Positions 56,694 to 64,000 of a stretch of DNA of 64,000 nt are shown piece by piece (positions within the stretch are counted from its first letter, which is position 1; every line of letters starts with the position of its first letter). A model generated the notes under the pieces. The model searched no databases and was not told the origin of the DNA. It saw nothing but the letters and a program-made list of their open reading frames with translations. Source of the DNA: Dehalococcoidia bacterium (lineage in GTDB: Bacteria; Chloroflexota; Dehalococcoidia; SpSt-223); the NCBI GenBank assembly GCA_026003895.1, contig BPIC01000001.1, positions 560,128 through 624,127 of the forward strand, given 5' to 3'. The position numbers and the translations under genes are program-made.

Positions 56694-57540
56694 AGTCGCC
56701 CCTGCCCCGCTGACCATGAAAGACTACCGCAGCGAGGTGAAGCCGGTTTGGTGTCCCGGCTGCGGCGACTTCGCAGTGCTTTCTGCCACCTATAAGGCGA
56801 TGGCCCGCCTCGGCCTGCGGCGCGAAGACACCGTCGTCGTCTCCGGCATTGGCTGCTCGTCCCGCTTGCCCTACTTCGTCAAGACCTACGGGATGCACAC
56901 GCTCCACGGCCGGGCGCTGCCGGTGGCGACGGGCCTGAAACTGGCAAGGCCGGACCTGTCGGTCTTCGTCTTCGGCGGTGATGGCGACCTCTTTTCGATC
57001 GGCGCAGGCCACACCCCGCACGGCGCGGCGCGCGACATCGACCTCACCGTGATCTGCATGGACAATTCGACCTACGGGCTGACCAAGGGGCAAACCTCGC
57101 CGACCAGCCCGCTCGGCCGGAAGACGAAGAGCACGCCGTATGGGGCAGTGGTGCAGCCGCTCTCGCCTGTGCTGTTGGCGCTCGCCTTCGGCGCCGGCTG
57201 GGTTGGCCGCGCCTACAGCGCCAAGCCGAAGCAGCTCGAAGACCTGATCGTTGAGGCGTACAACCACAAGGGCTTTAGCTTCCTCCACGTCGAAAGTCCC
57301 TGCACCGAGTTCAACAACACCTACAACTACTTCGACGCGTTGGTGCAGGACTTGCCCGAGGATCACGACCCGACCGATCGCGAGGCGGCCATCCGGCTTG
57401 CGCTCACCGAAGAGAAAGTGAACCTCGGCGTCTTCTATCGGGATGACAGCCGCCAAGACTACCGCTCGAAGATCGACGCTTGGACCGCCAACCGCGGCCA
57501 GCCGTTCGACCCGGTCGCCTATTTGCAGCAGTACGCCTAG
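56686..57540 (+). CDS. korB: 2-oxoacid:ferredoxin oxidoreductase, beta (TPP-binding) subunit
   Basis: GTG 56686 follows GAGGAGGAAG and overlaps the korA stop. Motifs are WCPGCGDFAVL, GIGCSSR and GGDGDLFSIG. ATG 56716 is an alternative start. Confidence 0.88.
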   Translation: MVEVAPAPLTMKDYRSEVKPVWCPGCGDFAVLSATYKAMARLGLRREDTVVVSGIGCSSRLPYFVKTYGMHTLHGRALPVATGLKLARPDLSVFVFGGDGDLFSIGAGHTPHGAARDIDLTVICMDNSTYGLTKGQTSPTSPLGRKTKSTPYGAVVQPLSPVLLALAFGAGWVGRAYSAKPKQLEDLIVEAYNHKGFSFLHVESPCTEFNNTYNYFDALVQDLPEDHDPTDREAAIRLALTEEKVNLGVFYRDDSRQDYRSKIDAWTANRGQPFDPVAYLQQYA

Positions 57541-57567
57541 CCCGCGAACGAATCCGTTCCCTTTCCG

Positions 57568-57600
57568 CCCCCTTTCCGCAAGGAGAGGGGGTTGTCATTT
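57568..57600 (+). terminator. Intrinsic terminator after korB
   Basis: The stem CCCCCTTTCC-GCAA-GGAGAGGGGG has one G-U pair and is followed by the T-rich TTGTCATTT. Confidence 0.6.
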
Positions 57601-57853
57601 CCATCGCGCAACGGTGGAACGGACTTCGGTCCTGACGCGCTGACACCGCTCCGCCGACGGTGCCGCACCGGTCATCGGGCGGACGACCCCGTCGAACGCC
57701 AGTCAATACGCGCGAACAGAGGGTGTCGGACGCGGGGGCGGCCAGCGACCGAGGGCGCGAACCGGCAGGCGTTCATCACGGGGTCCGGTAGGCGTCGCGC
57801 ATCGATCCCGCCATCGCGCGACCAGTGTTCGCTCCTGCCCGAGTCGCCGGCGT

Positions 57854-59311
57854 TCAGTCCGGTGCTGGCCAGACCCGCACTCCCGCGAGGTAGGTTTCGA
57901 GGACGCGAATGGTCGCCAGCGCGTCGTGCGGGGTAGTGAAGGGATCGCGATCGAGGACGACGAAATCGGCGGCGGCGCCGACCCGGAGAGCGCCATCGCG
58001 GGACACGGGATCAAGCGCGGCGCGACCGGCGACGCTGGCGCGGAGCGCGGCGAGCAGCGGCAGCGCCTCAGAGGGCGAGAGCAGCGTCCCGTCGGCAGCG
58101 CACCGGGTAACGGCGGTCGCAAGCGCCCCGATCGGGTCCGGCTCGCTTGCCGGCGCGTCCGAACCGAACAGGAAGGGAATACCGGCGTCGAGGAAGCCAC
58201 GGCCACGGTGGAGCCACGGGATGAGTACCGGGTCGACTTCTGCAAGGTAGCGTGCTGCCCGCTCGCGCACCCACCCAGGGTGGACGACCACCGTGAGGCC
58301 CGCCGATCGCGCTGGCGCGAAGAGATTGGGCGGCCACTCCGCGGCATGCTCGATCCGTGCCTGCACGTTGGCAGCGGCCACCGCCTCCACGGCCAGCCGC
58401 ACCGCCTGATGGATGACGGCGTGGATCGCAACCGGCCCGCCGAGATTGCGCAGCCGCTCGACGAGCGCCTTCAATGATGGCAGCTCCTCCACCGTATCGG
58501 GCAGCATCACCTTTGTCGGCCCGATGGCGAGGCGCTCCGTATTCCTCCCGCTCGTCGTAGGCGAGCGATGAGCGGGAAGCCGGTGGGGTGAGGGTTCTCC
58601 CGGCAGCAGCAGGAGGCGAAACGGCGGGGCAAGCCGTTCCCAGAGCGCGAACCGCGCCCCGTCGTTGGTCGGGCTGGCGTCGTGGACGGCGGTGATCCCG
58701 AGCGACAGAAGCCGGGCTCCGACATCGGCGAGCCCCCGGCGAAGCTCCTCCTCACCAAGCGGCGGCACCACCGCGCCCGACAGCCAGATCGCAGGCTCCC
58801 AAAGGCGGCCCGTTGGCTCGCCTGTCGGGTCATACTCGACATAACCTAGCTCGTGTCCACGTTCCCAGACCGCAGGGGGGATGGCGCGCAACCCTGGAGT
58901 ATTCATGACGGCCACGTGGCCGGTGCGGTGGAGGAGACGGACTGGACGCGAGGTGGCTGCGTCCAAGTCGGCCCGGGTGGGGTGGATCGCCCCGAGGTCA
59001 TACCCGGTGGCGCGTACCCAGCCGCTGCCTCGCGCGGCGGCAAGCCGGGCGAGCAGCGCCGGCAGGGAGGGCGCGTCGCGGCAGTCGACCCCAACCGCCC
59101 GCTCGATGAGCGGCAAGAGGTGGAGATGGGCGTCGGCAAACGCCGGAAGCACGGCTGCGCCAGGCAGCCGAACGGTGGGAACGCTCGGGACCTCACGAAA
59201 GCCGACGATGCGGCCCTCCCGCACGAGCAGAGCGGCGCGGGGCGGGCCTGCCAGTGTAATGATCCGCGGATGGACGAAGCAGACCGAGGTTGACCTGGTA
59301 TCTTTAGCCAT
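57854..59311 (-). CDS. Amidohydrolase-family metal-dependent hydrolase (Amidohydro_3-like)
   Basis: Start is ATG 59311 (MAKDTRSTSVCFVHPRIITL...LVREGRIVGF). The metal motif is AFADAHLHL, followed by AIHAV and the C-terminal FGSDAP. The longer ORF start at 59521 gives a non-homologous Ser/Pro-rich extension. Confidence 0.75.
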   Translation of the reverse strand: MAKDTRSTSVCFVHPRIITLAGPPRAALLVREGRIVGFREVPSVPTVRLPGAAVLPAFADAHLHLLPLIERAVGVDCRDAPSLPALLARLAAARGSGWVRATGYDLGAIHPTRADLDAATSRPVRLLHRTGHVAVMNTPGLRAIPPAVWERGHELGYVEYDPTGEPTGRLWEPAIWLSGAVVPPLGEEELRRGLADVGARLLSLGITAVHDASPTNDGARFALWERLAPPFRLLLLPGEPSPHRLPAHRSPTTSGRNTERLAIGPTKVMLPDTVEELPSLKALVERLRNLGGPVAIHAVIHQAVRLAVEAVAAANVQARIEHAAEWPPNLFAPARSAGLTVVVHPGWVRERAARYLAEVDPVLIPWLHRGRGFLDAGIPFLFGSDAPASEPDPIGALATAVTRCAADGTLLSPSEALPLLAALRASVAGRAALDPVSRDGALRVGAAADFVVLDRDPFTTPHDALATIRVLETYLAGVRVWPAPD

Positions 59312-60830
59312 GGCGGTGGGAACTATGGGCGATACGCCGCGAACCCGCGAGGGCGCGGTCGCCGGAGCCTTCGGCGCTGCGCTATCCGTCGCCGTCGTCA
59401 TTGGGCTTGGTCTGGCCTTCGGCACGCCCTCGCTGCCGGAGCTGATCTCTGATCGCGTCCTCGAGTTAACGCCAGGCCCAGTCTTTTCGTTCGTCCTCGA
59501 CCGATTGCAGACCGGGGCCAAGCCGCTCTTTTACCTCTCCATCGTGCTGGCGCTGGTCGTGATCGGTGCGGCGCTCGGCGGCTGGTTTGGCCGGCGGCAG
59601 CCTTCATCGCTGCTCGGCGGTGCGCTCCTTCTCGCGTTGGGGCTCTGGGGCGTGCAAGAGCTGCTCGTGCTCCCCCTCTTTGGGGCTGGAGTTTTTGGGC
59701 AAGATAGCCGAGGCGCCGGCCCGCTTGGTCCCACCGTCCGGCTCGTGGGGATGCTCGTCTACGGTGCGGGGCTCGCTGGGGTGTTGGCGCTGCTCCGGCC
59801 CGACAGCCGGTTTCTTCCCGAACGGCGATCTGCGCTCCGCATCGGCGTCCTCGGGGTGCTCGGACTGGTTGGGGGAGGGGCGCTGGCGCGAGCGCTAACC
59901 GGCGCCCGCGACATGGGCGCCCTCTCGCGCGTTCCCGGACGCTCGGGGACAGGCTTGCCCGAGCCGGTCACGCCAGTCGGCCAGTTCTACAGTATCTCGA
60001 AGAACTTCTTCGATCCCGTCGTCGACCGGGCGACCTGGCGGCTTGAGGTCAGCGGGCTCGTCCAGACTCGGCTTGAGCTGACGCTCGACCAGCTCCGCGC
60101 CTTGCCGCAGTACGACCAACTCCAGACCCTGATCTGCATTTCGAACGAAGTTGGCGGCGACTTGATCTCGAATGGCGCGTGGCGTGGTGTCCGGCTGGGC
60201 GAGCTCCTGAGTCGCGCCGGCGTCCAAGCGGGTGCGGTGGATGTCGTCTTCACCTGCGCCGATGACTACACCGACAGCATCACGATTGCCAAGGCACTCC
60301 AGCCAGAGACATTGCTTGCGCTCGAGATGAATGGCCAACCGCTCACCGAGAAGCACGGCGCACCGCTGCGCTGCCTCGTGCCCGACATCTACGGGATGAA
60401 GAACGCCAAGTGGATCCGCAAGATTGAGGTGGTCGGGACCGACTACCAAGGATTCTGGCAACGCCAAGGGTGGAGCGATAGCGCTGAGATTCAGACGATG
60501 TCCCGCATCGACTACCCGGTAAGCGGCGCACAGGTTCCGTTCGACGACATCGAGCTTGGGGGAATTGCCTTCGCCGGGGCGCGCGGCATTCGCGCGGTCG
60601 AGGTTTCGTTCGACGATGGCGCGAGTTGGCGGCCGGCCACGCTGCAAGACGAAATCGCGCCGCTCAGTTGGCGCTTCTGGACAATCCGTTGGAGACCGGA
60701 GCGCAGTGGGTCGCTGAGCGTGCTCGTTCGGGCGATCGACGGACGGGGTGAGCGGCAATCGGCCGTCCGCACCGACCCCTTCCCCAATGGGGCGAGTGGC
60801 TATCACCGAATCTTCCTACGCGTGGCGTAG
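59310..60830 (+). CDS. Membrane-anchored sulfite-oxidase-family molybdopterin oxidoreductase
   Basis: Start is ATG 59310 (alternative ATG 59325). About 6 N-terminal TM segments precede the Mo-domain motifs TWRLEVSGLV, LICISNEVGG (Cys ligand) and HGAPLRCLVPDIYGMKNAKWI, followed by an Ig-like dimerisation domain. Confidence 0.8.
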   Translation: MAVGTMGDTPRTREGAVAGAFGAALSVAVVIGLGLAFGTPSLPELISDRVLELTPGPVFSFVLDRLQTGAKPLFYLSIVLALVVIGAALGGWFGRRQPSSLLGGALLLALGLWGVQELLVLPLFGAGVFGQDSRGAGPLGPTVRLVGMLVYGAGLAGVLALLRPDSRFLPERRSALRIGVLGVLGLVGGGALARALTGARDMGALSRVPGRSGTGLPEPVTPVGQFYSISKNFFDPVVDRATWRLEVSGLVQTRLELTLDQLRALPQYDQLQTLICISNEVGGDLISNGAWRGVRLGELLSRAGVQAGAVDVVFTCADDYTDSITIAKALQPETLLALEMNGQPLTEKHGAPLRCLVPDIYGMKNAKWIRKIEVVGTDYQGFWQRQGWSDSAEIQTMSRIDYPVSGAQVPFDDIELGGIAFAGARGIRAVEVSFDDGASWRPATLQDEIAPLSWRFWTIRWRPERSGSLSVLVRAIDGRGERQSAVRTDPFPNGASGYHRIFLRVA

Positions 60831-60926
60831 CGGGGAGGAGATCCAGTTGGCTTGCTCGGTCGTAGACTTGACGAACGCGAAAGTCGACGGGCCGATCGGC
60901 GAAAAATCTCGCCGGACGAGCCGCCG

Positions 60927-61517
60927 ATGATCGATTATCAAGGAGCCGACGACGAGGCGCTGGTCGCCCGGTTGGCCGAGAAAGACGCGGATGCGCTCGA
61001 GGCGCTCTACGACCGGCATTCGCGCCCGGTCTTCTCCCTTGCATTGAAGATGCTGGGTGAGGTGACCGCCGCGGAGGAAGTCGTCCAAGAGGTGTTCCTC
61101 AAGCTTTGGAGGAGCCCCGAGCGCTTTGTCGCCGGCCGCGGCAAGTTCCGGTCGTGGCTCCTTGGTGTAACGCACCACCGCGCGGTGGACGAGCTTCGGT
61201 CGCGGCGCTCGGACACCAGCCGGCGCGTTGCTGGGGACGCCGAAGCGGAGACGCTGCGCATCCCAGATGGGGGGCCTGACCCCGCTGAGGTAGCGTGGCT
61301 GGGGGTGCAACACGACATCGTTCAGCGGGCGTTGGACACCTTACCGCCGGAGCAGCGCGAGGTCATCGACCTCGCCTACTTCAAAGGATTGACTCATTCC
61401 GAGATCGCAGCGGCGCTCGGAGAGCCACTCGGCACCGTCAAGACACGGCTCCGGCTGGCAATCCAAAAGCTCCGGAGCGCCCTCGAGACGGAGCGACTTT
61501 GGGCAGTGAAGCCATGA
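60927..61517 (+). CDS. ECF-type RNA polymerase sigma-70 factor
   Basis: Region 2 is LYDRHSRPVFSLALKMLG...EVVQEVFLKLW. Region 4 is LPPEQREVIDLAYFKGLTHSEIAAALGEPLGTVKTRL. Confidence 0.85.
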   Translation: MIDYQGADDEALVARLAEKDADALEALYDRHSRPVFSLALKMLGEVTAAEEVVQEVFLKLWRSPERFVAGRGKFRSWLLGVTHHRAVDELRSRRSDTSRRVAGDAEAETLRIPDGGPDPAEVAWLGVQHDIVQRALDTLPPEQREVIDLAYFKGLTHSEIAAALGEPLGTVKTRLRLAIQKLRSALETERLWAVKP

Positions 61518-62293
61518 GCTGTACCGAATCACGTGAGCTGTCTGAAGCGGCAGCCCTCGGGGCGCTTGATCCAGCCGACCAAGCGCGGCTCGAGCAGCAC
61601 CTCGCCGGCTGCGCAGCCTGCCGGCGTGAACTTGGCGCGACCGAAGCGATTGCGGAAGCCCTTGCGCTGACGGCGCAGCAGGTGACCCCGCCCGACCGCT
61701 TGAAGGCAAGGATCATGCAGGTCGTCCGGCTGGAGGCACGTCCTCAGCCTGTCGCTGCCATCCGCCGGCCGTTTTTGCGCCTGCCGGCCCTTCCGCTTGG
61801 CCGCCTGAGCTCCTTGGGCGCCGCTGCCGGTCTCGTCGCTGCGCTTGGCGTCGGTCTCTGGGCGTTCTCGCTCGCCAGCGAACTCGAAAGCCAACGGCAG
61901 TTGAACGCCAGCCTCATTCAAGGGCTCCAAGGACGCGACGACCTCGTTCAGTTGGTTTCTTCCCAGCCAGAGTTGATGAGTTTCTTGAACGGCACACCGG
62001 AGGCGCCGACCGCGCGCGGCCGGATGTATGCCTCCACCATCAATGACACGGCCTTGCTGCTGGTCGACGGCTTGAAGCCGTTGCCCTCGGACCGGGTCTA
62101 TCAGGTCTGGCTGATGCAGGCGGGTCAGCCACGCAGCGGCGGCACGTTCACCGTCGATGGAAACGGCCAAGGCCGCTGGGTCATTCGCGCGGACGAGCCC
62201 CTCAGCCGCTACCAAGCGATCATCGTCACCGAGGAGCCTTCGGGCGGCTCACCAGCGCCGACCACGCCTCGCCTCCTGACCGGTCTGTTCTAG
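61514..62293 (+). CDS. Anti-sigma factor (zf-HC2 N-terminus, one TM, RskA-like C-terminal domain)
   Basis: ATG 61514 overlaps the sigma stop (ATGA). The zinc motif is H-x3-C-x2-C ([11 protein letters not shown]). A TM segment follows. The C-terminus is [18 protein letters not shown]...EEPSGG. Confidence 0.75.
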   Translation: MSCTESRELSEAAALGALDPADQARLEQHLAGCAACRRELGATEAIAEALALTAQQVTPPDRLKARIMQVVRLEARPQPVAAIRRPFLRLPALPLGRLSSLGAAAGLVAALGVGLWAFSLASELESQRQLNASLIQGLQGRDDLVQLVSSQPELMSFLNGTPEAPTARGRMYASTINDTALLLVDGLKPLPSDRVYQVWLMQAGQPRSGGTFTVDGNGQGRWVIRADEPLSRYQAIIVTEEPSGGSPAPTTPRLLTGLF

Positions 62294-62322
62294 TCGCGCG
62301 GACCTGCTATGCTCGCGGTCCG

Positions 62323-62871
62323 ATGACGGATCTGCCCCACGTCGCCATCTACACCGACGGCGCATGCCTTGGAAATCCCGGCCCCGGCGGCTATGGCGTC
62401 GTGCTCCTTCACGGCGGGAAGCGAAAAGAGCTGTCCGGCGGGCGCCGCCGGACCACCAACAACCGGATGGAACTCCTCGCCGCGATCGTCGGGCTAGCGA
62501 CACTGAAACGCCCGTGCCGTGTCGATCTCTACACCGACTCGCAATACGTGTACAACGGGATCGCCCTTGGGTGGGCGGCTGGCTGGCAGCGCAATGGCTG
62601 GCGCAAGGCGGACAAGGCACCCGTCAAGAACGTCGATCTCTGGGAGCGGCTGCTGGCTGAGTTGGCGCGCCACGACGTGACGCTCCATTGGGTCCGCGGC
62701 CATGCCGGCAACGCGGAGAATGAACGCGCTGACCAGTTGTCGGTCGCTGCCGCCCAGCAGCCGGACCTTCCAGCCGACACTGGCTTCGACGCGGGAAGCG
62801 AGCAGGGCAAACCGCGCTCTACTTCAACCCAGAGCGAAGAAACGCCTCGACGACCTGCCGCTGCAGAATGA
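62323..62871 (+). CDS. rnhA: Ribonuclease HI with a low-complexity C-terminal tail
   Basis: Motifs are [34 protein letters not shown] and [17 protein letters not shown]. The ~35-aa tail overlaps the convergent permease gene by 53 nt. Confidence 0.9.
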   Translation: MTDLPHVAIYTDGACLGNPGPGGYGVVLLHGGKRKELSGGRRRTTNNRMELLAAIVGLATLKRPCRVDLYTDSQYVYNGIALGWAAGWQRNGWRKADKAPVKNVDLWERLLAELARHDVTLHWVRGHAGNAENERADQLSVAAAQQPDLPADTGFDAGSEQGKPRSTSTQSEETPRRPAAAE

Positions 62872-63640
62872 CGTAAAGCACGAACACCGGGAGGCTCGCC
62901 AAGGCTGCTGCCGCCATCAGGGCGCCCCATTGATTGCCTTCCTGAGTCAGGAACATTTGCAGACCGACTTGCACGACCGTCTGTTCTGGCTTGTTGCTGA
63001 CAAGCAGCGGCCAGAAATATTCGTTCCAGCCGCCGATGAAATACAGAATCGCGAGCGCAGCAAGCGGCGCACGGAGATTCGGTACGACGATGCTCCAAAG
63101 GACACGCCAGCTCCCCGCGCCGTCAATCCGGGCGGCATCCAACAACTCACGGGGAAACGCCTTCATGTGCTGGCGAAGCAAGATGATCCCAAACGCTGTC
63201 GCCAACTGCGGCACCACCAATCCTTGAAGCGTGTTCAACCAGCCAAGCCGCGACAGCAACACGTAATTCGGTATCATGATCACTTGGAAGGGGATAAGCC
63301 AAGTACCGAGGAAGAGAAAGAAGAAGAGCCGACTTCCGCGAAACTCCCAGCGCGCCAGCGCATATCCAGCAAGCAGGCAGATCATCAACTGGCCGATCGT
63401 GATCAGCGCTGCCATCAGAAAAGTGTTCGCGAGCATATTGCCGATGGGAATGCTTTGCCACACGAAGATGTAGTTTTCGAGCGAGATCGATGATGGCAGC
63501 GGATTCGTCGAATAGATCTCGTTTTCTGGGCGGAGCGACGACAGAAACATCCAATAGATGGGACCGATGGAGATCAGCGAGAGCAAGACAAGGACCGCGT
63601 GGCCGAAGATCGAGCTTGCTGTCAGTCGTTTAGGAGTCAT
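62819..63640 (-). CDS. ABC sugar transporter permease (MalG/CUT1-type)
   Basis: 273 aa with 6 TM segments. The EAA loop is [22 protein letters not shown]. Confidence 0.85.
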   Translation of the reverse strand: MTPKRLTASSIFGHAVLVLLSLISIGPIYWMFLSSLRPENEIYSTNPLPSSISLENYIFVWQSIPIGNMLANTFLMAALITIGQLMICLLAGYALARWEFRGSRLFFFLFLGTWLIPFQVIMIPNYVLLSRLGWLNTLQGLVVPQLATAFGIILLRQHMKAFPRELLDAARIDGAGSWRVLWSIVVPNLRAPLAALAILYFIGGWNEYFWPLLVSNKPEQTVVQVGLQMFLTQEGNQWGALMAAAALASLPVFVLYVILQRQVVEAFLRSGLK

Positions 63641-64000
63641 AGATGGAGAACCTATCGATCAGTCGTACCGCGATGAAGGCAATGATGCCGAAGCCGGCGA
63701 AAAACAGCACCGCCGCCGCCGAACTCCATCCGACATTGAACGAGCGAAATCCGAATTGCCAGAGAATGTAATACAGATTGGTCGTCGCATCCTGCGGCCC
63801 ACCTTGGGTCAACACATTGACCAAGGGAAACACCCATTGAGCGCCGAGCAACACGGTCATGATAACCATGAAGGAAATTGTTGGAGTGAGGAGCGGCAGC
63901 ATGACATAGCGCGTAATCTGCCACTGCGTTGCGCCATCGATGCGAGCGGCTTCGGTGTATTCCTTGGGGATGTTCGCCAAGCCGGCGGAGAAGATGAGGA
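63630..64000 (-). CDS. ABC sugar transporter permease (MalF/CUT1-type), 5' end beyond the window
   Basis: The frame is open to the window edge. The EAA loop is EAARIDGATQWQITRYVMLP. Its stop overlaps the downstream permease start by 11 nt. Confidence 0.8.
   Translation of the reverse strand, partial: LIFSAGLANIPKEYTEAARIDGATQWQITRYVMLPLLTPTISFMVIMTVLLGAQWVFPLVNVLTQGGPQDATTNLYYILWQFGFRSFNVGWSSAAAVLFFAGFGIIAFIAVRLIDRFSIYDS

Noticed and set aside
54567-56717. 716-aa minus-strand ORF opposite korA
   Set aside because: It is antisense to the conserved oxidoreductase alpha subunit and has no motifs of its own.
62819-62871. 53-nt overlap of the convergent rnhA and permease 3' ends as a regulatory antisense arrangement
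   Set aside because: The overlap comes from a low-complexity RNase H tail of uncertain reality. There is no additional sequence feature to support a function.
1-64000. CRISPR arrays, tRNA/rRNA genes, integrases, transposases, toxin-antitoxin pairs or recognisable defence islands
   Set aside because: I scanned the intergenic regions and the ORF translations and found no spaced direct repeats, no tRNA T-arm or acceptor signatures outside CDSs, and no recombinase or transposase motifs. The absence is by eye only, without tools.

Overview
This is a 64-kb chromosomal segment from a high-GC bacterium, roughly two-thirds G+C by eye. It has strong GGAGG ribosome-binding sites and many ATGA/GTGA start-stop overlaps.

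The gene content suggests a Chloroflexota/Thermomicrobia-like organism, but that is inference only and no search was possible. The relevant genes are a T-box leader, ctaA/ctaB, ArnT/GT39-like enzymes fused to TPR or beta-rich domains, an LCP protein and a 2-oxoacid:ferredoxin oxidoreductase.

I support about 55 protein genes. They fall into three groups:
- Housekeeping: valS, recA, mutL, glnA, rph, rnhA, ctaA, ctaB, korAB, sppA and gpx.
- Envelope-glycan functions: two PilZ-gated GT2 synthases, two GT39-like enzymes, an LCP protein, an epimerase and a giant secreted VWA protein.
- Small metabolic operons.

I could not support any rRNA, tRNA, CRISPR array, transposase or integrase.

The most notable observations are:
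1. Two tandem BcsA-like GT2+PilZ genes have nucleotide-identical catalytic cores (380 bp with 2 mismatches, then 159 bp and 50 bp perfect). Their membrane and PilZ parts have diverged, which is a gene-conversion mosaic.
2. A translationally coupled operon encodes a tandem carbon-nitrogen hydrolase, a DUF336 protein and an alpha/beta hydrolase. The second hydrolase domain has lost the catalytic Lys and Cys. A helix-closed structured RNA plus intrinsic terminator precedes the operon, and a PucR-type regulator and glnA follow it.
3. A CcrM-like beta-class adenine methyltransferase has no restriction partner and has a palindromic operator candidate in its 50-bp divergent promoter.
4. valS has an intact T-box leader, but its 3' third needs about 11 consecutive +1 frame corrections. 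Most of the shifts I resolved to the nucleotide (four of the five in valS) extend homopolymer runs. Two more shifts of the same type sit at 27.9 and 28.3 kb. This looks more like local sequence error than decay.
5. recA has a clean Cheo-type SOS box and is coupled to an unknown ORF where recX usually sits.

All family calls come from motif recognition by eye and no database was consulted.
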